DNA of 64,000 bases from NCBI GenBank assembly GCA_021848325.1, contig JAJZUU010000004.1, positions 8,720 through 72,719 of the forward strand, given 5' to 3'. The notes beneath the pieces are model-generated. The model did not search any database. It worked only from the letters and a program-made list of their open reading frames with translations, and had not been told where the DNA came from. Positions 1 through 10,128 of this stretch are shown here, piece by piece. Each line of letters starts with the position of its first letter. Within the stretch, counting starts at the first letter, position 1. The position numbers were made by a program, and so were the translations under genes. This DNA comes from Pseudomonadota bacterium. Its GTDB lineage: Bacteria; Pseudomonadota; Gammaproteobacteria; Burkholderiales; JAJZUU01.

Positions 1-934
1 CGCCGCCGCCGCGCAGGCGGGCTACGGGGAGCGAGAGGTGTTTACCGTGGAACCCGGGTTCAGTTGGGAAACCCTGCTGTTTTCCGGCAACAGCCTGTCC
101 CTGTTCGCGGCCAAGCGCCTGCTGGAGATCCGCATTCCCTCCGGCAAGCCGGGCACCGACGGCGCCCGCGCGCTCGAGCGGTTTTGCGCCTCCTTGCCGG
201 CGGACACGATAACTTTGGTCACCCTGCCCGCGCTCCCGCGGCCGGCGCAGGAGTCGGCGTGGTTCAAAACCCTGGAGCGGGCGGGGGTGGCGCTTGCCGT
301 ATACCCGGTGGAGCGGGCCCGCCTGCCCCAGTGGATCCGGCAGCGGCTGATGCAGCAGGGCCAGCGCGCCGACGCCGATACCCTCAAGTTCCTGGCGGAG
401 CGGGTGGAAGGCAACCTCCTGGCCGCCCGGCAGGAGGTCCAGAAGCTGGGCCTGTTGCTGCCCCGGGGCGATCTGCCCTTCCAGAGCGTGAAGGACTCGG
501 TGCTGGATGTGGCGCGCTACGACGTATTCCAGTTGGGCGATGCCATGCTGGCCGGGGATGCGGTGCGCCTGGCGCGGATGGTGGAGGGATTGAAGGGCGA
601 GGGAACGGCGCCGACCCTGGTATTATGGGCCATGAGCCGGGAGATCCGGGCGTTGGCCGGGATCCGGGAAGGGTTGCGCCAGGGCGCGGCCTTGCCGCAG
701 CTCATGCGCTCGGCCAGAATATGGGAATCGCGGCGCGCGCTGGTGGAGCAGGCGCTGCGCCGGCTGCCGGAGGAAATCCTCAGGGCGGCGGCGCGCCGGG
801 CGGCTGCCCTGGACCGGCTGATCAAGGGGCTGCGGGCGGGGGATGCCTGGGACGAATTGCTGCAACTGGGGCTGTTGCTGGCACGGGGCGCGGCCGCCGC
901 GAAGGGTTGTGAAGGGCAGGCGCTGCCTGCATAG
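1..934 (+). CDS. holA: DNA polymerase III subunit delta; N-terminus lies upstream of the window
   Basis: Frame of track ORF 38..934 stays open back to nt 2 ([22 protein letters not shown]...). HolA-like layout ([38 protein letters not shown]). Confidence 0.7.
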   Translation, partial: AAAAQAGYGEREVFTVEPGFSWETLLFSGNSLSLFAAKRLLEIRIPSGKPGTDGARALERFCASLPADTITLVTLPALPRPAQESAWFKTLERAGVALAVYPVERARLPQWIRQRLMQQGQRADADTLKFLAERVEGNLLAARQEVQKLGLLLPRGDLPFQSVKDSVLDVARYDVFQLGDAMLAGDAVRLARMVEGLKGEGTAPTLVLWAMSREIRALAGIREGLRQGAALPQLMRSARIWESRRALVEQALRRLPEEILRAAARRAAALDRLIKGLRAGDAWDELLQLGLLLARGAAAAKGCEGQALPA

Positions 935-962
935 CGAGAAATCGGGAAGGAGTTATCGAAAC

Positions 963-2219
963 ATGGACGTCAAGGACTACATGCAAGCCGTCGGGCGGGA
1001 GGCGCGGGCTGCCTCGCGCCACATGGCGAAGGCCGATACCCGCAGCAAGAACCAGGCGCTCGATGCCATGGCCGGCGCCATCCGGCGCGACGCCCAGGCC
1101 CTGTTGCAGGCCAATGCCAAAGACCTGGAAGCGGCCCGCGCCGCCGGCCTGGACACCGCCCTGCTGGACCGCCTGGCCCTGACACCGGAGGCGGTGGAGG
1201 GCATGGCCGAAGGGCTGGCGCAAATCGCCCAATTGCCCGATCCGGTGGGGGCGATCAGCGACCTCAATTTCAGGCCGTCCGGCATCCAGGTGGGCAGGAT
1301 GCGGGTCCCCCTGGGGGTGATCGGCATCATTTACGAGGCCCGTCCCAACGTCACCGCGGACGCGGCCGGGCTGTGCCTCAAGGCCGGCAACGCGGCGATC
1401 CTGCGGGGAGGCTCCGAGGCCTTCCATTCCAACCAGGCCATCGCCGCCTGCGTGCGGGAGGGGCTCGCGGCGGCCGGCCTGCCGGCCACGGCGGTGCAGG
1501 TGCTGGAGACCACCGACCGCGCCGCGGTGGGCGAGCTCATCACCATGAAGGAATACGTGGACGTGATTGTGCCCCGGGGCGGCAAGGGCCTGATCGAACG
1601 CATCTCCGAGGAGGCGCGGGTGCCCGTGATCAAGCACCTGCACGGCGTGTGCCACGTCTACATCGACGACCGGGCGGACCTGGACAAGGCGGTGCGCATT
1701 GCCGACAACGCCAAGACCCAGCGCTACGGCACCTGCAACACCATGGAGACCCTGCTGGTGGCGCAAGGGGTGGCGCCGCAGGTGCTGCCCCGGCTGGCCG
1801 CGATCTATCGGGAAAAGGGGGTGGAACTGCGCGGCGACGAGGCGGCCCGGGCGCTGGTCAGGGAAATGGTGCCGGCCCGGGAAGAGGACTGGCACACCGA
1901 ATACCTGGCCCCGATCCTCAGCGTGCGGGTGGTGGCCGACCTCGACCAGGCGATCGAGCACATCAACCGCTACGGCTCGCAGCACACCGACGCCATCGTC
2001 ACCGAGGACTACGGCCGGGCGCGCCGCTTCCTGCGGGAAGTGGACTCCAGTTCGGTGATGGTGAACGCCTCCACCCGCTTCGCCGACGGTTTCGAGTACG
2101 GCCTGGGGGCCGAGATCGGCATCTCCACCGACAAGATCCACGCCCGCGGCCCGGTGGGCCTGGAAGGGCTGACCTCGCAGAAGTTCATCGTGCTGGGCGA
2201 CGGCCAGGTGAGGGGCTAG
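963..2219 (+). CDS. proA: gamma-glutamyl phosphate reductase
   Basis: ATG at 963 inside track ORF 843..2219 gives 418 aa. Aldehyde-dehydrogenase-fold ProA signatures ([41 protein letters not shown]). Confidence 0.92.
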   Translation: MDVKDYMQAVGREARAASRHMAKADTRSKNQALDAMAGAIRRDAQALLQANAKDLEAARAAGLDTALLDRLALTPEAVEGMAEGLAQIAQLPDPVGAISDLNFRPSGIQVGRMRVPLGVIGIIYEARPNVTADAAGLCLKAGNAAILRGGSEAFHSNQAIAACVREGLAAAGLPATAVQVLETTDRAAVGELITMKEYVDVIVPRGGKGLIERISEEARVPVIKHLHGVCHVYIDDRADLDKAVRIADNAKTQRYGTCNTMETLLVAQGVAPQVLPRLAAIYREKGVELRGDEAARALVREMVPAREEDWHTEYLAPILSVRVVADLDQAIEHINRYGSQHTDAIVTEDYGRARRFLREVDSSSVMVNASTRFADGFEYGLGAEIGISTDKIHARGPVGLEGLTSQKFIVLGDGQVRG

Positions 2220-2249
2220 GGTCTGTCGGACATCTTCGCGAAGCCCGCC

Positions 2250-2948
2250 GTGGCCGGGAACGGACGGATGCCGGCCGGGGCGGGACCGGACCCCATCGGC
2301 ATCTTCGGGGGCACCTTCGACCCGATCCACTACGGCCACCTGAGGCTCGCTCAGGAGCTTGCCACCGGGCTCCGGCTGCGGCAGATTCGCTTCATCCCCG
2401 CGGGGCATCCGCCGCACCGCTCGGAACCTTGCGTCTCCTCCCTGCACCGCCTGGAGATGGCGCGCCTGGCGATTGCCGGCAACCCATCGTTCGCGCTGGA
2501 CGACCGGGAAATCTCCAGGCCGGGGCCCTGCTACACGGTGGATACCCTCACCGAGTTGCGCCGCGAACTGGGGCCCGATCAGCCCCTGTGCCTGCTGATG
2601 GGGGCGGACGCCTTTCTCGGGCTCACCACCTGGCACCGCTGGCAGGAGTTGTTCGATCTGGCCCATGTCGCGGTGGCGCACCGTCCCGGTTTTCCCCAGG
2701 TGACCTGGGCCGACGGCATGCCCGACGTGCTGCGCCGGGAGCTCAGGCAGCGCCTGCGGGAGAACGGCCATTTGCTGCACCGGAGCGCCGCGGGCTCCAT
2801 CTTCGCCCACACCATCACGCCCCTGGACATCTCTGCCACCCACATCAGGAACGGCCTGGCGGCCGGCCACAGCCCCCGCTATTTGCTACCGGACGCGGTT
2901 CTCGATTATATTCAAAGCAAGGGGTTGTATACGGTGGCGGCCAAGTGA
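2250..2948 (+). CDS. nadD: nicotinate-nucleotide adenylyltransferase (start may be the ATG at 2268)
   Basis: GIFGGTFDPIHYGHLRLA (HxGH nucleotidyltransferase motif) and ISATHIR (ISxTxxR) motif. Conserved proA-nadD-rsfS-rlmH order. Confidence 0.9.
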   Translation: MAGNGRMPAGAGPDPIGIFGGTFDPIHYGHLRLAQELATGLRLRQIRFIPAGHPPHRSEPCVSSLHRLEMARLAIAGNPSFALDDREISRPGPCYTVDTLTELRRELGPDQPLCLLMGADAFLGLTTWHRWQELFDLAHVAVAHRPGFPQVTWADGMPDVLRRELRQRLRENGHLLHRSAAGSIFAHTITPLDISATHIRNGLAAGHSPRYLLPDAVLDYIQSKGLYTVAAK

Positions 2949-3051
2949 CCGGCGCCGGCGGGATATCGCGCCGCAGGGCGCGGACACAGGGAGACGAGCG
3001 CTGCCAGGCAGTGAGCTGTCGCAACGGGATTATCAATACAAAGGCTCGATA

Positions 3052-3432
3052 ATGGATCTTGACCAAATGAAGCAGGCCGTGGTCTCCGCACTGGAGGACA
3101 TCAAGGCGCGGGATATCGTGGTGCTGGACGTGGGCCGTATGACATCCCTGTTCGACTGCATGGTCATCGCCAGCGCCGATTCCAGCCGGCAGGCCAAGGC
3201 CCTGGCCAACAACGTCCAGGAGAAACTGAAGGCGTTGGGGGCCACTGTCTACGGCGTGGAGGGGGAACAGGCCGGGGAGTGGGTGCTGATCGATCTGGGG
3301 GATGTGGTGGTGCACATCATGATCCCCGCCGTGCGCGAATACTACAATCTGGAACAACTGTGGGGAGCGGCCCGGGACAAGAGTCGCGCGGCCCCGGGCG
3401 GGGCCGGGGAGAGCGCCGCAGAGCGCCCGTAG
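3052..3432 (+). CDS. rsfS: ribosomal silencing factor RsfS (iojap/YbeB)
   Basis: 126 aa. DIVVLDV...[22 protein letters not shown]...[14 protein letters not shown]...YYNLEQLW is the typical RsfS pattern. Confidence 0.88.
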   Translation: MDLDQMKQAVVSALEDIKARDIVVLDVGRMTSLFDCMVIASADSSRQAKALANNVQEKLKALGATVYGVEGEQAGEWVLIDLGDVVVHIMIPAVREYYNLEQLWGAARDKSRAAPGGAGESAAERP

Positions 3433-3463
3433 AGCAGGCGTCTTCCGCCCTTTCCGGTACCCG

Positions 3464-3934
3464 ATGAAGCTTTTGATCCTGGCGGTGGGCGGCAAGATGC
3501 CCGCCTGGGTGAGCGCCGGGTTCGAGGAGTACCGCAGGCGCATGCCGCGGGAGGCCCGGCTGGAACTGGTGGAAATCAAGCCGGAGAAGCGCGCCCCAGG
3601 CAAGACCGCCCGGCAGATCATGGAGGCCGAGCGGGACCGCATCTCGGCGGCGCTGCCGCGGAACTGCCTGAAGGTCGTCCTGGACGAGCGCGGCACGGGC
3701 AGCACCACCGAGCAGCTCGCCCAGGCCCTCGGCGGATGGATGAGCGGCGGGGGTGACGTGGCCTTCGTCATCGGGGGCGCGGACGGGCTCCACGAGGAGG
3801 TGCGGCGCGGGGCGGACCGGCTCCTTTCCCTGTCGCGGATGACGCTGCCCCACGGGCTGGTGCGCGTGCTGCTGGCGGAACAGCTCTACCGCGCGCTGAC
3901 CATCATCCAGCATCACCCCTATCATCGCGCTTAG
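3464..3934 (+). CDS. rlmH: 23S rRNA m3-pseudouridine1915 methyltransferase RlmH
   Basis: 156-aa SPOUT methyltransferase ([33 protein letters not shown]). Its stop TAG (3932-3934) sits on the junction with the MITE. Confidence 0.9.
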   Translation: MKLLILAVGGKMPAWVSAGFEEYRRRMPREARLELVEIKPEKRAPGKTARQIMEAERDRISAALPRNCLKVVLDERGTGSTTEQLAQALGGWMSGGGDVAFVIGGADGLHEEVRRGADRLLSLSRMTLPHGLVRVLLAEQLYRALTIIQHHPYHRA

Positions 3935-4199
3935 GGCTCGTTAATGAATAACTTGGACGTACGTTGCCACGTATTCGGGATGGCCGCAAGGCGTGAAGCG
4001 CAGGCAATGGTTATTCCATTGCCAAGCTTTGCAACGCCGCGGCTGCCCGAATACGCGGCAACCCTCCGGGCTGGGGCCGCTTTGGGCGCATCCCGGCGTC
4101 GCGAGCCGCTGGCTGTGAATAACACAACGGCGCGTCTCGCTTCTTGGCCTGCGCCCAAAGCGGCCCCAGCGTACGTCCAAGTTATTCATTAACGAGCCC
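3934..4199. mobile_element. MITE-A: 266-bp non-autonomous element with perfect 30-bp terminal inverted repeats and TTA flanks
   Basis: GGGCTCGTTAATGAATAACTTGGACGTACG at 3934-3963 is the exact reverse complement of 4170-4199. Direct TTA at 3931-3933 and 4200-4202. No plausible CDS inside; the two track ORFs starting MNNLDVR are mirror artefacts of the TIRs. Confidence 0.7.
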
Positions 4200-4247
4200 T
4201 TAGCGACTGCGAGTGCCGAACTTAATAATTACCGGAACGGAGGCACG

Positions 4248-4865
4248 ATGACTCTCGGCTTTCAGCATATCTACCTGGCTTCCGGCAGTCCGCGCCGGCG
4301 CGAACTGCTCAAACAGATCGGGGTGGCCTTCGAACCGCTGCTGCTCAGAACCCAGCCCCCCCGGACTGACGTGGAGGAATTGCCTCATCCCGAGGAAAGC
4401 CCCGAAGACTATGTGGTGCGGGTGGCCCGCGCCAAGGCGGAGGCCGGCTGGCTGCGCCTGTACGACCGCAAACTGCCCAAGTCTCCGGTATTGGCTGCGG
4501 ACACCGCGATATTCCTCGACGGGGAAATCATCGGCAAGCCCGGCGGGCGCGAGCGGGCCGAGGCCACCCTGAGACGCCTTTCCGGCAGGCGCCACCAGGT
4601 GCTCACCGGGGTGGCGCTGGCCTATGAGGATCGGATCGAGGCCGGCCTGTCGGTCACCGCGGTGGATTTCGGGGAGGTGAGCGAGGCGGAGATCCGGCGC
4701 TACGCCGCCGGCGGGGAACCCTGGGACAAGGCCGGCGCCTACGCCATCCAGGGGCGGGCGGGGGCCTTCGTCGCACGCATCGAAGGCAGCTACAGCGGCG
4801 TGATGGGACTGCCTCTCTACGAGACTGCGCAATTGCTGCGGCAGTTCGACGTGAGTCTGCTGTGA
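4248..4865 (+). CDS. maf: Maf-like nucleoside triphosphate pyrophosphatase
   Basis: 205 aa. IYLASGSPRRRELLKQIG, DTAIFLDGEIIGKP, AGAYAIQG are Maf/YhdE motifs. Stop overlaps the rng GTG (GTGA). Confidence 0.88.
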   Translation: MTLGFQHIYLASGSPRRRELLKQIGVAFEPLLLRTQPPRTDVEELPHPEESPEDYVVRVARAKAEAGWLRLYDRKLPKSPVLAADTAIFLDGEIIGKPGGRERAEATLRRLSGRRHQVLTGVALAYEDRIEAGLSVTAVDFGEVSEAEIRRYAAGGEPWDKAGAYAIQGRAGAFVARIEGSYSGVMGLPLYETAQLLRQFDVSLL

Positions 4866-6316
4866 GCGACGAGATCCTGGTCAACGTGACCCCCCAGGAA
4901 ACCCGGGTGGCGGTGATGCAACTGGGGGTGGTCCAGGAACTGCACATCGAGCGCAGCAGCGCCCGCGGCCTGGTGGGCAACATCTATCTGGGACGGGTGT
5001 GCCGGGTGTTGCCGGGGATGCAGTCGGCGTTCGTGGAGATCGGCCTGGAGCGTGCCGCCTTCCTGCACGTGGCCGACATCTGGGAACACCGGCAAAGCCA
5101 GCAGGAACACAAGGCCATCGAGAAATTGCTGTTCGAGGGCCAATCCCTGCTGGTTCAGGTGATCAAGGACCCCATCGGCAGCAAGGGCGCCCGCCTTTCC
5201 ACCCAAATCAGCATCGCGGGCCGGTGCCTGGTGTACCTGCCCCAGGAAAGCCACATCGGCATCTCGCAGCGGATCGGCGACGAGGCCGAGCGCGAGTCCC
5301 TGCGGGAGAAGCTGCAGCAGCTGCTGGCCCCCGGGGAGCCGGGCGGATTCATTATCCGCACCATCGCCGAAAATGCCGGCGAAGACGAAATAAGGGGCGA
5401 CATCGAGTACCTGCGCAAGCTGTGGGCGGACCTTTCCGCCAAGGCCAAGACCGCCCCCCCCAAGACCCTGCTGTACCAGGACCTGAGCCTCGCCCTGCGG
5501 GTGCTGCGGGACTTCGTGAACCAGGAGACCTCGCGCGTGCTGGTGGACTCCCGCGAGACCTTCCAGAACATGCAGGCCTTCGCCCGCGCCTACACCAGCA
5601 ACGTGCTGCCCAAGCTGGAGCACTATTCTGCCGACCGCCCGCTGTTCGATTTCTACGCCATCGAGGACGAGATCGAGCGCGCCCTGTCGCGCAAGGTGCC
5701 GCTGAAATCGGGGGGCTACCTCATCATCGACCAGACCGAGGCGCTCACCACCGCCGACGTCAACACCGGGGGTTTCGTCGGCGTGCGCAATTTCGACGAC
5801 ACCATCTTCAAGACCAACCTGGAGGCGGCCCAGGCCATCGCGCGCCAGTTGCGGCTGCGCAACCTGGGCGGGATCATCATCATCGACTTCATCGACATGG
5901 ACAGCGAGGACCACCGGCAGGCGGTGCTGGCCGAGTTCATGAAGGCCCTGGCGCGGGACCGCACGCGCATGACGGTCAACGGCTTCACCGGGTTGGGACT
6001 GGTGGAAATGACCCGCAAGCGGACCCGGGAAAGCCTCGCCCACATCCTGTGCGAACCGTGCCCGGTGTGCCAGGGCCGCGGCGCGGTGAAGACGGCCCAG
6101 ACCGTATGCTACGAGATCCTGCGGGAGATCCTGCGCGAGGCGCGCCAGTTCAATGCCCGGGAGTACCGCATCCTCGCCGCCCAGCCGGTGGTCGACATGT
6201 TCCTCGACGAGGAGTCCCAGAGCCTGGCGCAGTTGGAGGATTTCATCGGAAAGCCGATCTCGCTCCAGGTGGAAAGCGAATATGCCCAGGAGCAGTACGA
6301 CGTGGTGCTGATGTAG
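4862..6316 (+). CDS. rng: ribonuclease G
   Basis: 484 aa. N-terminal S1-like region (ILVNVTPQETRVAVM...GNIYLGRVCRVLPGMQSAFVEIG) and RNase E/G catalytic core (IIIDFIDM, GLVEMTRKR, CPVCQGRG). Confidence 0.9.
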   Translation: MSDEILVNVTPQETRVAVMQLGVVQELHIERSSARGLVGNIYLGRVCRVLPGMQSAFVEIGLERAAFLHVADIWEHRQSQQEHKAIEKLLFEGQSLLVQVIKDPIGSKGARLSTQISIAGRCLVYLPQESHIGISQRIGDEAERESLREKLQQLLAPGEPGGFIIRTIAENAGEDEIRGDIEYLRKLWADLSAKAKTAPPKTLLYQDLSLALRVLRDFVNQETSRVLVDSRETFQNMQAFARAYTSNVLPKLEHYSADRPLFDFYAIEDEIERALSRKVPLKSGGYLIIDQTEALTTADVNTGGFVGVRNFDDTIFKTNLEAAQAIARQLRLRNLGGIIIIDFIDMDSEDHRQAVLAEFMKALARDRTRMTVNGFTGLGLVEMTRKRTRESLAHILCEPCPVCQGRGAVKTAQTVCYEILREILREARQFNAREYRILAAQPVVDMFLDEESQSLAQLEDFIGKPISLQVESEYAQEQYDVVLM

Positions 6317-6321
6317 GCCGG

Positions 6322-8220
6322 TCAGTCCTCCGACCGAACCGGCAGCTGGGCGCCGATGTCGCCGAGCAGGGCGCTCTGCCGCTCCAGGTCGGCAGTCAGG
6401 ACGTGCAGCGCGCCGAGCCGTTCCTGGAGCGTGTCCGTGTGCTCGTGGATCTTCCTGATGTTCTCCAGGCGGCGCTCCAACTGGACCTTGTATTCCTTGA
6501 TCTGGGTGGCCAGGGGGTCCAGCGAATCGCCGAACCAGGCTTCGGACCTCCGGCGCGCCTCCCTGAACACCCTTTCCGCCAGGGCCGCCAGGGCGAGGTA
6601 GAAGCGGTTGATCAGAAAATGCTTCTCGGTCATGATGTTGACCGGGTCGCGGCAGAACTCGTCGGTCTTCCGGGCCAGATCCAGCAGCCGTTCGCGGTAA
6701 GGCTCGAGGTTCAGGTGCGGCGGGCTCAGCCGCGGGAACTGGTGCTTCTCGTGGAAATCCCGGTAAGTGGCGTGCAGCAGGATGTGGATGCGCCGACTGT
6801 GTTCCAGGGCCTCGTTGAACTGAAGGGTGAGCCCGCGCACCAGGGCGTGCATGCCGCGGGAAAGGCCGGCGGTGGTCCAGCTGCCCTGCATCGCCTCGCG
6901 GCTCTTGTGCAATATCTCCTGCAGCCGCTGTTCGCTCAGGCTGGCGCGCAGGGCTTTTTTCTGGAGCGTCAGCGCGTTGCGGGTGAGGTTGAAGTTCTTG
7001 ACCGATCCGTCGTAGACCACCTTGTCCGACAGCAGCCTGTCGCGCAGATTTCCCATCACCTCCCGGTTCTTCCCGCTCAGGGCGGAAAGCTCCGTCTCCT
7101 CGTGGCGGGCGGCGGCGAGCCGCGTGCGCAAGGTCAGGCGGGAGGTCTCCACCATGCCGCCGATTTCTCTCGCCACCGCATCGCGCACAATGTCCTGCTT
7201 GGCCGGGATGATCTCTTCCGCGAGCGCGATTTCCAGGTCTTCTATGCCGCTTTTCCGGAGCAGGGCCGCATCCCCCCTGATCTTGGCCAGCAGCGCACGC
7301 TGCGCCGACAGGGCGAACACCCGGGACGGCGGCAGGCCGAGCTGTTTGGCGGTTTCCTGTACCTGGTGCCGGATGCCGCTCTGGATCTCCTCCCACGTCT
7401 TGAGATCGTCCCACAGGACGTCGATCTTGTTGAGCACGGCCAAACGGTGCTGGGCGTGGGACTCCAGGTAGCGGTCCCAGATCTCCCGGTCGGACTTGGT
7501 GACCCCGGTGTCCGTGGCCAGCAGGAACAGCACCGCGTGGGCGTTCGGGATCTCGCTCAGGGTCAGCTCCGGCTCGGCGCCCAAGGCGTTCAGCCCGGGG
7601 GTGTCCAGCACCACCAGGCCGCTTTCCAGCAGCGGGTGGGGGTAGTTGAACTGGGCGTAGCGCCAGGCCGGGATTTCCACCGCTGCATCCGCGGCGACCG
7701 GGCGTTCCTCCGTCAAACCCAGGGCGTGCGCCTCGCCGGCCGGCACCGTCTTGGTCTCGGTGAGGCGTCGCATGGCGGCCAGCGTGCCCTCCCGATCGGC
7801 GGGATCAAGCCTGATTCTGCTCCACTCCACCGGCATGCGCTTGAAGGCGGCGATGCTTTCTTCGCGCAGCCGGGTCTCGATGGGCAGCAGGCGCAGGTAG
7901 GGCGCATGCTCCGGGTCGTAGAACACCTCCGTCGGGCACATGGTGGTGCGGCCCACGTCGGAAGGCAGGAGGCGCTGCCTGAAGTCGGCGAAAAACAGGG
8001 CGTTGACGAGTTCCGTCTTGCCCCGGGAGAACTCGGCCACGAAGGCCAGCACCAGGCGCTCCTTTTTCAGGCTCTCCGCCAGATCGTAGATGCGCAACGC
8101 CTGCTGCGCATCGTAACCGCCCGCCTGGTCCATCCAGACACGGTAGGCCTCGATGGCGCCCAGCAGGTCTTTGCGCCATTGGGCGTAATTGCTGAACCGC
8201 TCTCGAAATCGCCCGCTCAT
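6322..8220 (-). CDS. bacterial dynamin-like GTPase
   Basis: 632 aa. G1 AEFSRGKTELVNAL, G3 DTPGLNA, G4 NKID, then a long helical C-terminal half. ATG overlaps the yggU stop (ATGA at 8217-8220). Confidence 0.75.
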   Translation of the reverse strand: MSGRFRERFSNYAQWRKDLLGAIEAYRVWMDQAGGYDAQQALRIYDLAESLKKERLVLAFVAEFSRGKTELVNALFFADFRQRLLPSDVGRTTMCPTEVFYDPEHAPYLRLLPIETRLREESIAAFKRMPVEWSRIRLDPADREGTLAAMRRLTETKTVPAGEAHALGLTEERPVAADAAVEIPAWRYAQFNYPHPLLESGLVVLDTPGLNALGAEPELTLSEIPNAHAVLFLLATDTGVTKSDREIWDRYLESHAQHRLAVLNKIDVLWDDLKTWEEIQSGIRHQVQETAKQLGLPPSRVFALSAQRALLAKIRGDAALLRKSGIEDLEIALAEEIIPAKQDIVRDAVAREIGGMVETSRLTLRTRLAAARHEETELSALSGKNREVMGNLRDRLLSDKVVYDGSVKNFNLTRNALTLQKKALRASLSEQRLQEILHKSREAMQGSWTTAGLSRGMHALVRGLTLQFNEALEHSRRIHILLHATYRDFHEKHQFPRLSPPHLNLEPYRERLLDLARKTDEFCRDPVNIMTEKHFLINRFYLALAALAERVFREARRRSEAWFGDSLDPLATQIKEYKVQLERRLENIRKIHEHTDTLQERLGALHVLTADLERQSALLGDIGAQLPVRSED

Positions 8221-8531
8221 GGCTTCTCCGGCGCGTCTTGCTTCAGCAGGTCATCGGGGGCGATGGCGGAACGGCAGATCTCGACCACCTTGCGCCGGCC
8301 GTGCGCGCCGTGCTTGAGGCTCACCTGCCGGCGCGGCACCGCAAAGGTCCGCGCCAGGAAATCGAGCAATTCGGCGTTCGCCTTGCCGTCCACGGCTGCC
8401 GCCGCCACCTTGACCTTGAGCGCGTCCCCGTGCAGACCCGCCACGCAGTTCGCGCGGGAATTGGGTTGCACATGCACTGTCAGCGACAGGCACTGTCGCT
8501 GCGGATCAAGGCAGTACCAGGGGGCGGGCAT
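8217..8531 (-). CDS. yggU: DUF167 / YggU family protein
   Basis: 104 aa. LTVHVQPNSRAN...GDALKVKVAAAAVDGKANAELLDFLA...V.L..G...R.K is the DUF167 pattern. Confidence 0.8.
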   Translation of the reverse strand: MPAPWYCLDPQRQCLSLTVHVQPNSRANCVAGLHGDALKVKVAAAAVDGKANAELLDFLARTFAVPRRQVSLKHGAHGRRKVVEICRSAIAPDDLLKQDAPEKP

Positions 8532-8543
8532 GGGCCGTCCGGA

Positions 8544-9119
8544 TCACATCAGCCTGAGCGCCAGGGCTTCCAGCCAGGCCACGGGCAACATCAGGAACAG
8601 TTGGCAGGCAATAAAGATAAACAAAGGGGAAAGGTCGATGTTGGCGATCGGCGGGATCAGCCTCTGGAAAAAACGCATGAAGGGACGGGACAGGGCGTAC
8701 AGCACGGGGGAGAGGGGGTTGTAGGGGTTGACCCAACTCAATACGGCCTGCACGAATACCACCCCGATCAGGATGTAGACGCTTGTTTTCAGCAGCTTGA
8801 CCGCGGCCAGCAGGGCCAGCCCCAGATACACGCCTCCTCCCGCCACCAGGAACGGGAAGCCGCTCAGCCAATACAAGGCAAACAACAGCAGGGCCTCCAG
8901 CAGCCAGGCCAGCAACAACGTGCCCAGGTCAAGCCCCCACAGCCCGGGAACCAGGCGCCTTATGGGACGCACGGCGAAATCCGTCACCGCGACGATGAAC
9001 TGGGAAAAGGGGTTGTGAAACGGGACGCGCATGGCCTGCAGATAAAAGCGCAGCAGAAACGCCAGCACCAGCAGGTTGATCAGGGTTTCCAGCAGGAATT
9101 GCAATGCTTGGTTAAACAT
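8544..9119 (-). CDS. yggT: YggT family membrane protein
   Basis: 191-aa polytopic membrane protein with two YGGT-type repeats, in the conserved yggS-proC-yggT order. Confidence 0.85.
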   Translation of the reverse strand: MFNQALQFLLETLINLLVLAFLLRFYLQAMRVPFHNPFSQFIVAVTDFAVRPIRRLVPGLWGLDLGTLLLAWLLEALLLFALYWLSGFPFLVAGGGVYLGLALLAAVKLLKTSVYILIGVVFVQAVLSWVNPYNPLSPVLYALSRPFMRFFQRLIPPIANIDLSPLFIFIACQLFLMLPVAWLEALALRLM

Positions 9120-9198
9120 GGGATTTCGATATGCGGCGCAAAGACTTATACACAGTTTAACAGGATTTTCCGGACCATGGCTTAAACCGGGGCCCGCC

Positions 9199-10029
9199 TC
9201 ATCGCTTCGGCGGCTGGTCCGCCTTGCCGAGCGCTTCCCCCAGTTCCCGGGAGCGCTCCGCCGCGGCGCGCACCGCTGCGACGATCTGCCGCTTCACCCC
9301 CGTGTCCTCCAGTGCCTGCAGCGCCCGTTCCGTGGTCCCTCCCTTGGAGGTGACGCGGGCGCGCAGGGTGGCCACGTCCTCCCCGCCCTGGCTTGCCAGC
9401 CGGCTTGCCCCGAGAAAGGTCTCCAGGCTCAGCCGCCGCGCCTGGGCGGCGCTGAGTCCGAGGGTGATGGCGGCCTCTTCCAGGGCCTCGATGAAATAGA
9501 ACACGTAGGCCGGGCCGCTGCCCGCCACCGCGGTCACAGCGTCCATCTGGGCCTCTTCCTCCAGCCACAGGGTGGTGCCTACGGCGCCGAGGATGGTGTC
9601 CGCCTGCTGCCGCTGGCCGGCGCTCACCCCGGGCAGGGCGAATAGCCCGGACATCCCGGACAGCACCATGGCCGGGGTGTTGGGCATGACCCGCACCACC
9701 GCGCCGTAGCCCCCGAGCCAGCGGCTCAGGTCGCTGGCGCGCACCCCGGCGGCGATGGAGATCACCAGTTGGCCGCGCAACCAGGGGCGCAGCCGTTCGG
9801 CCACGGCAAACAACTGCTGCGGCTTGACCGCGAGCACGATGGCCCCGGCCGCGGCCGCATCCGCTGCCAGATCGGGATAGGTGGCGACGCCGTATGTTTG
9901 CTCCAGGTACTCCCGCGCCTGTGCGGACAGTTCCACCACCCGGAGCGACCCCGCCGCCAGGCCTTTTTTCAGCAGGCCCGCAATGAGGGCGCCCGCCATG
10001 TTGCCGCCGCCGATAAATGTGATATCCAT
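9199..10029 (-). CDS. proC: pyrroline-5-carboxylate reductase
   Basis: Internal ATG at 10029 (MDITFIGGGNMAGALIAGLL, Rossmann GxGxxG). C-terminal VTSKGGTTERAL ProC signature. The track ORF extends to 10083 across a palindromic element. Confidence 0.9.
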   Translation of the reverse strand: MDITFIGGGNMAGALIAGLLKKGLAAGSLRVVELSAQAREYLEQTYGVATYPDLAADAAAAGAIVLAVKPQQLFAVAERLRPWLRGQLVISIAAGVRASDLSRWLGGYGAVVRVMPNTPAMVLSGMSGLFALPGVSAGQRQQADTILGAVGTTLWLEEEAQMDAVTAVAGSGPAYVFYFIEALEEAAITLGLSAAQARRLSLETFLGASRLASQGGEDVATLRARVTSKGGTTERALQALEDTGVKRQIVAAVRAAAERSRELGEALGKADQPPKR

Positions 10030-10048
10030 AGCCGTTTCCGTATCGTTA

Positions 10049-10102
10049 GGCGTCGAGAAATAATAAGTTGGATATTTGTCCAAGTTATTGTTTCTCGACG
10101 CC
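10049..10102. repeat. 54-bp palindromic mini-element flanked by direct TTA, TIR core related to MITE-A
   Basis: Arms GGCGTCGAGAAATAATAAGTTGGA (10049-10072) and TCCAAGTTATTGTTTCTCGACGCC (10079-10102) pair at 22/24. TTA at 10046-10048 and 10103-10105. Shares AATAACTTGGA with the MITE-A TIR. AT-rich in a GC-rich spacer between yggS and proC. Confidence 0.6.
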
Positions 10103-10128
10103 TTAACCCCCGCTCCGGGGCGAAGGTG

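Noticed and set aside
3941-4192. Two 82-aa ORFs on opposite strands both starting MNNLDVR
   Set aside because: They mirror each other only because they start inside the 30-bp inverted repeats of MITE-A. There is no SD and no coding signature.
4999-8724. 1241-aa plus-strand ORF, plus similar giants (822..2870 minus, 4817..7414 minus, 9769..12537 plus, 18881..23179 minus, 46365..48062 minus)
   Set aside because: They overlap genes with clear motifs on the other strand or frame and have an Arg/Pro/Gly-dominated composition. They are high-GC artefacts, not genes.
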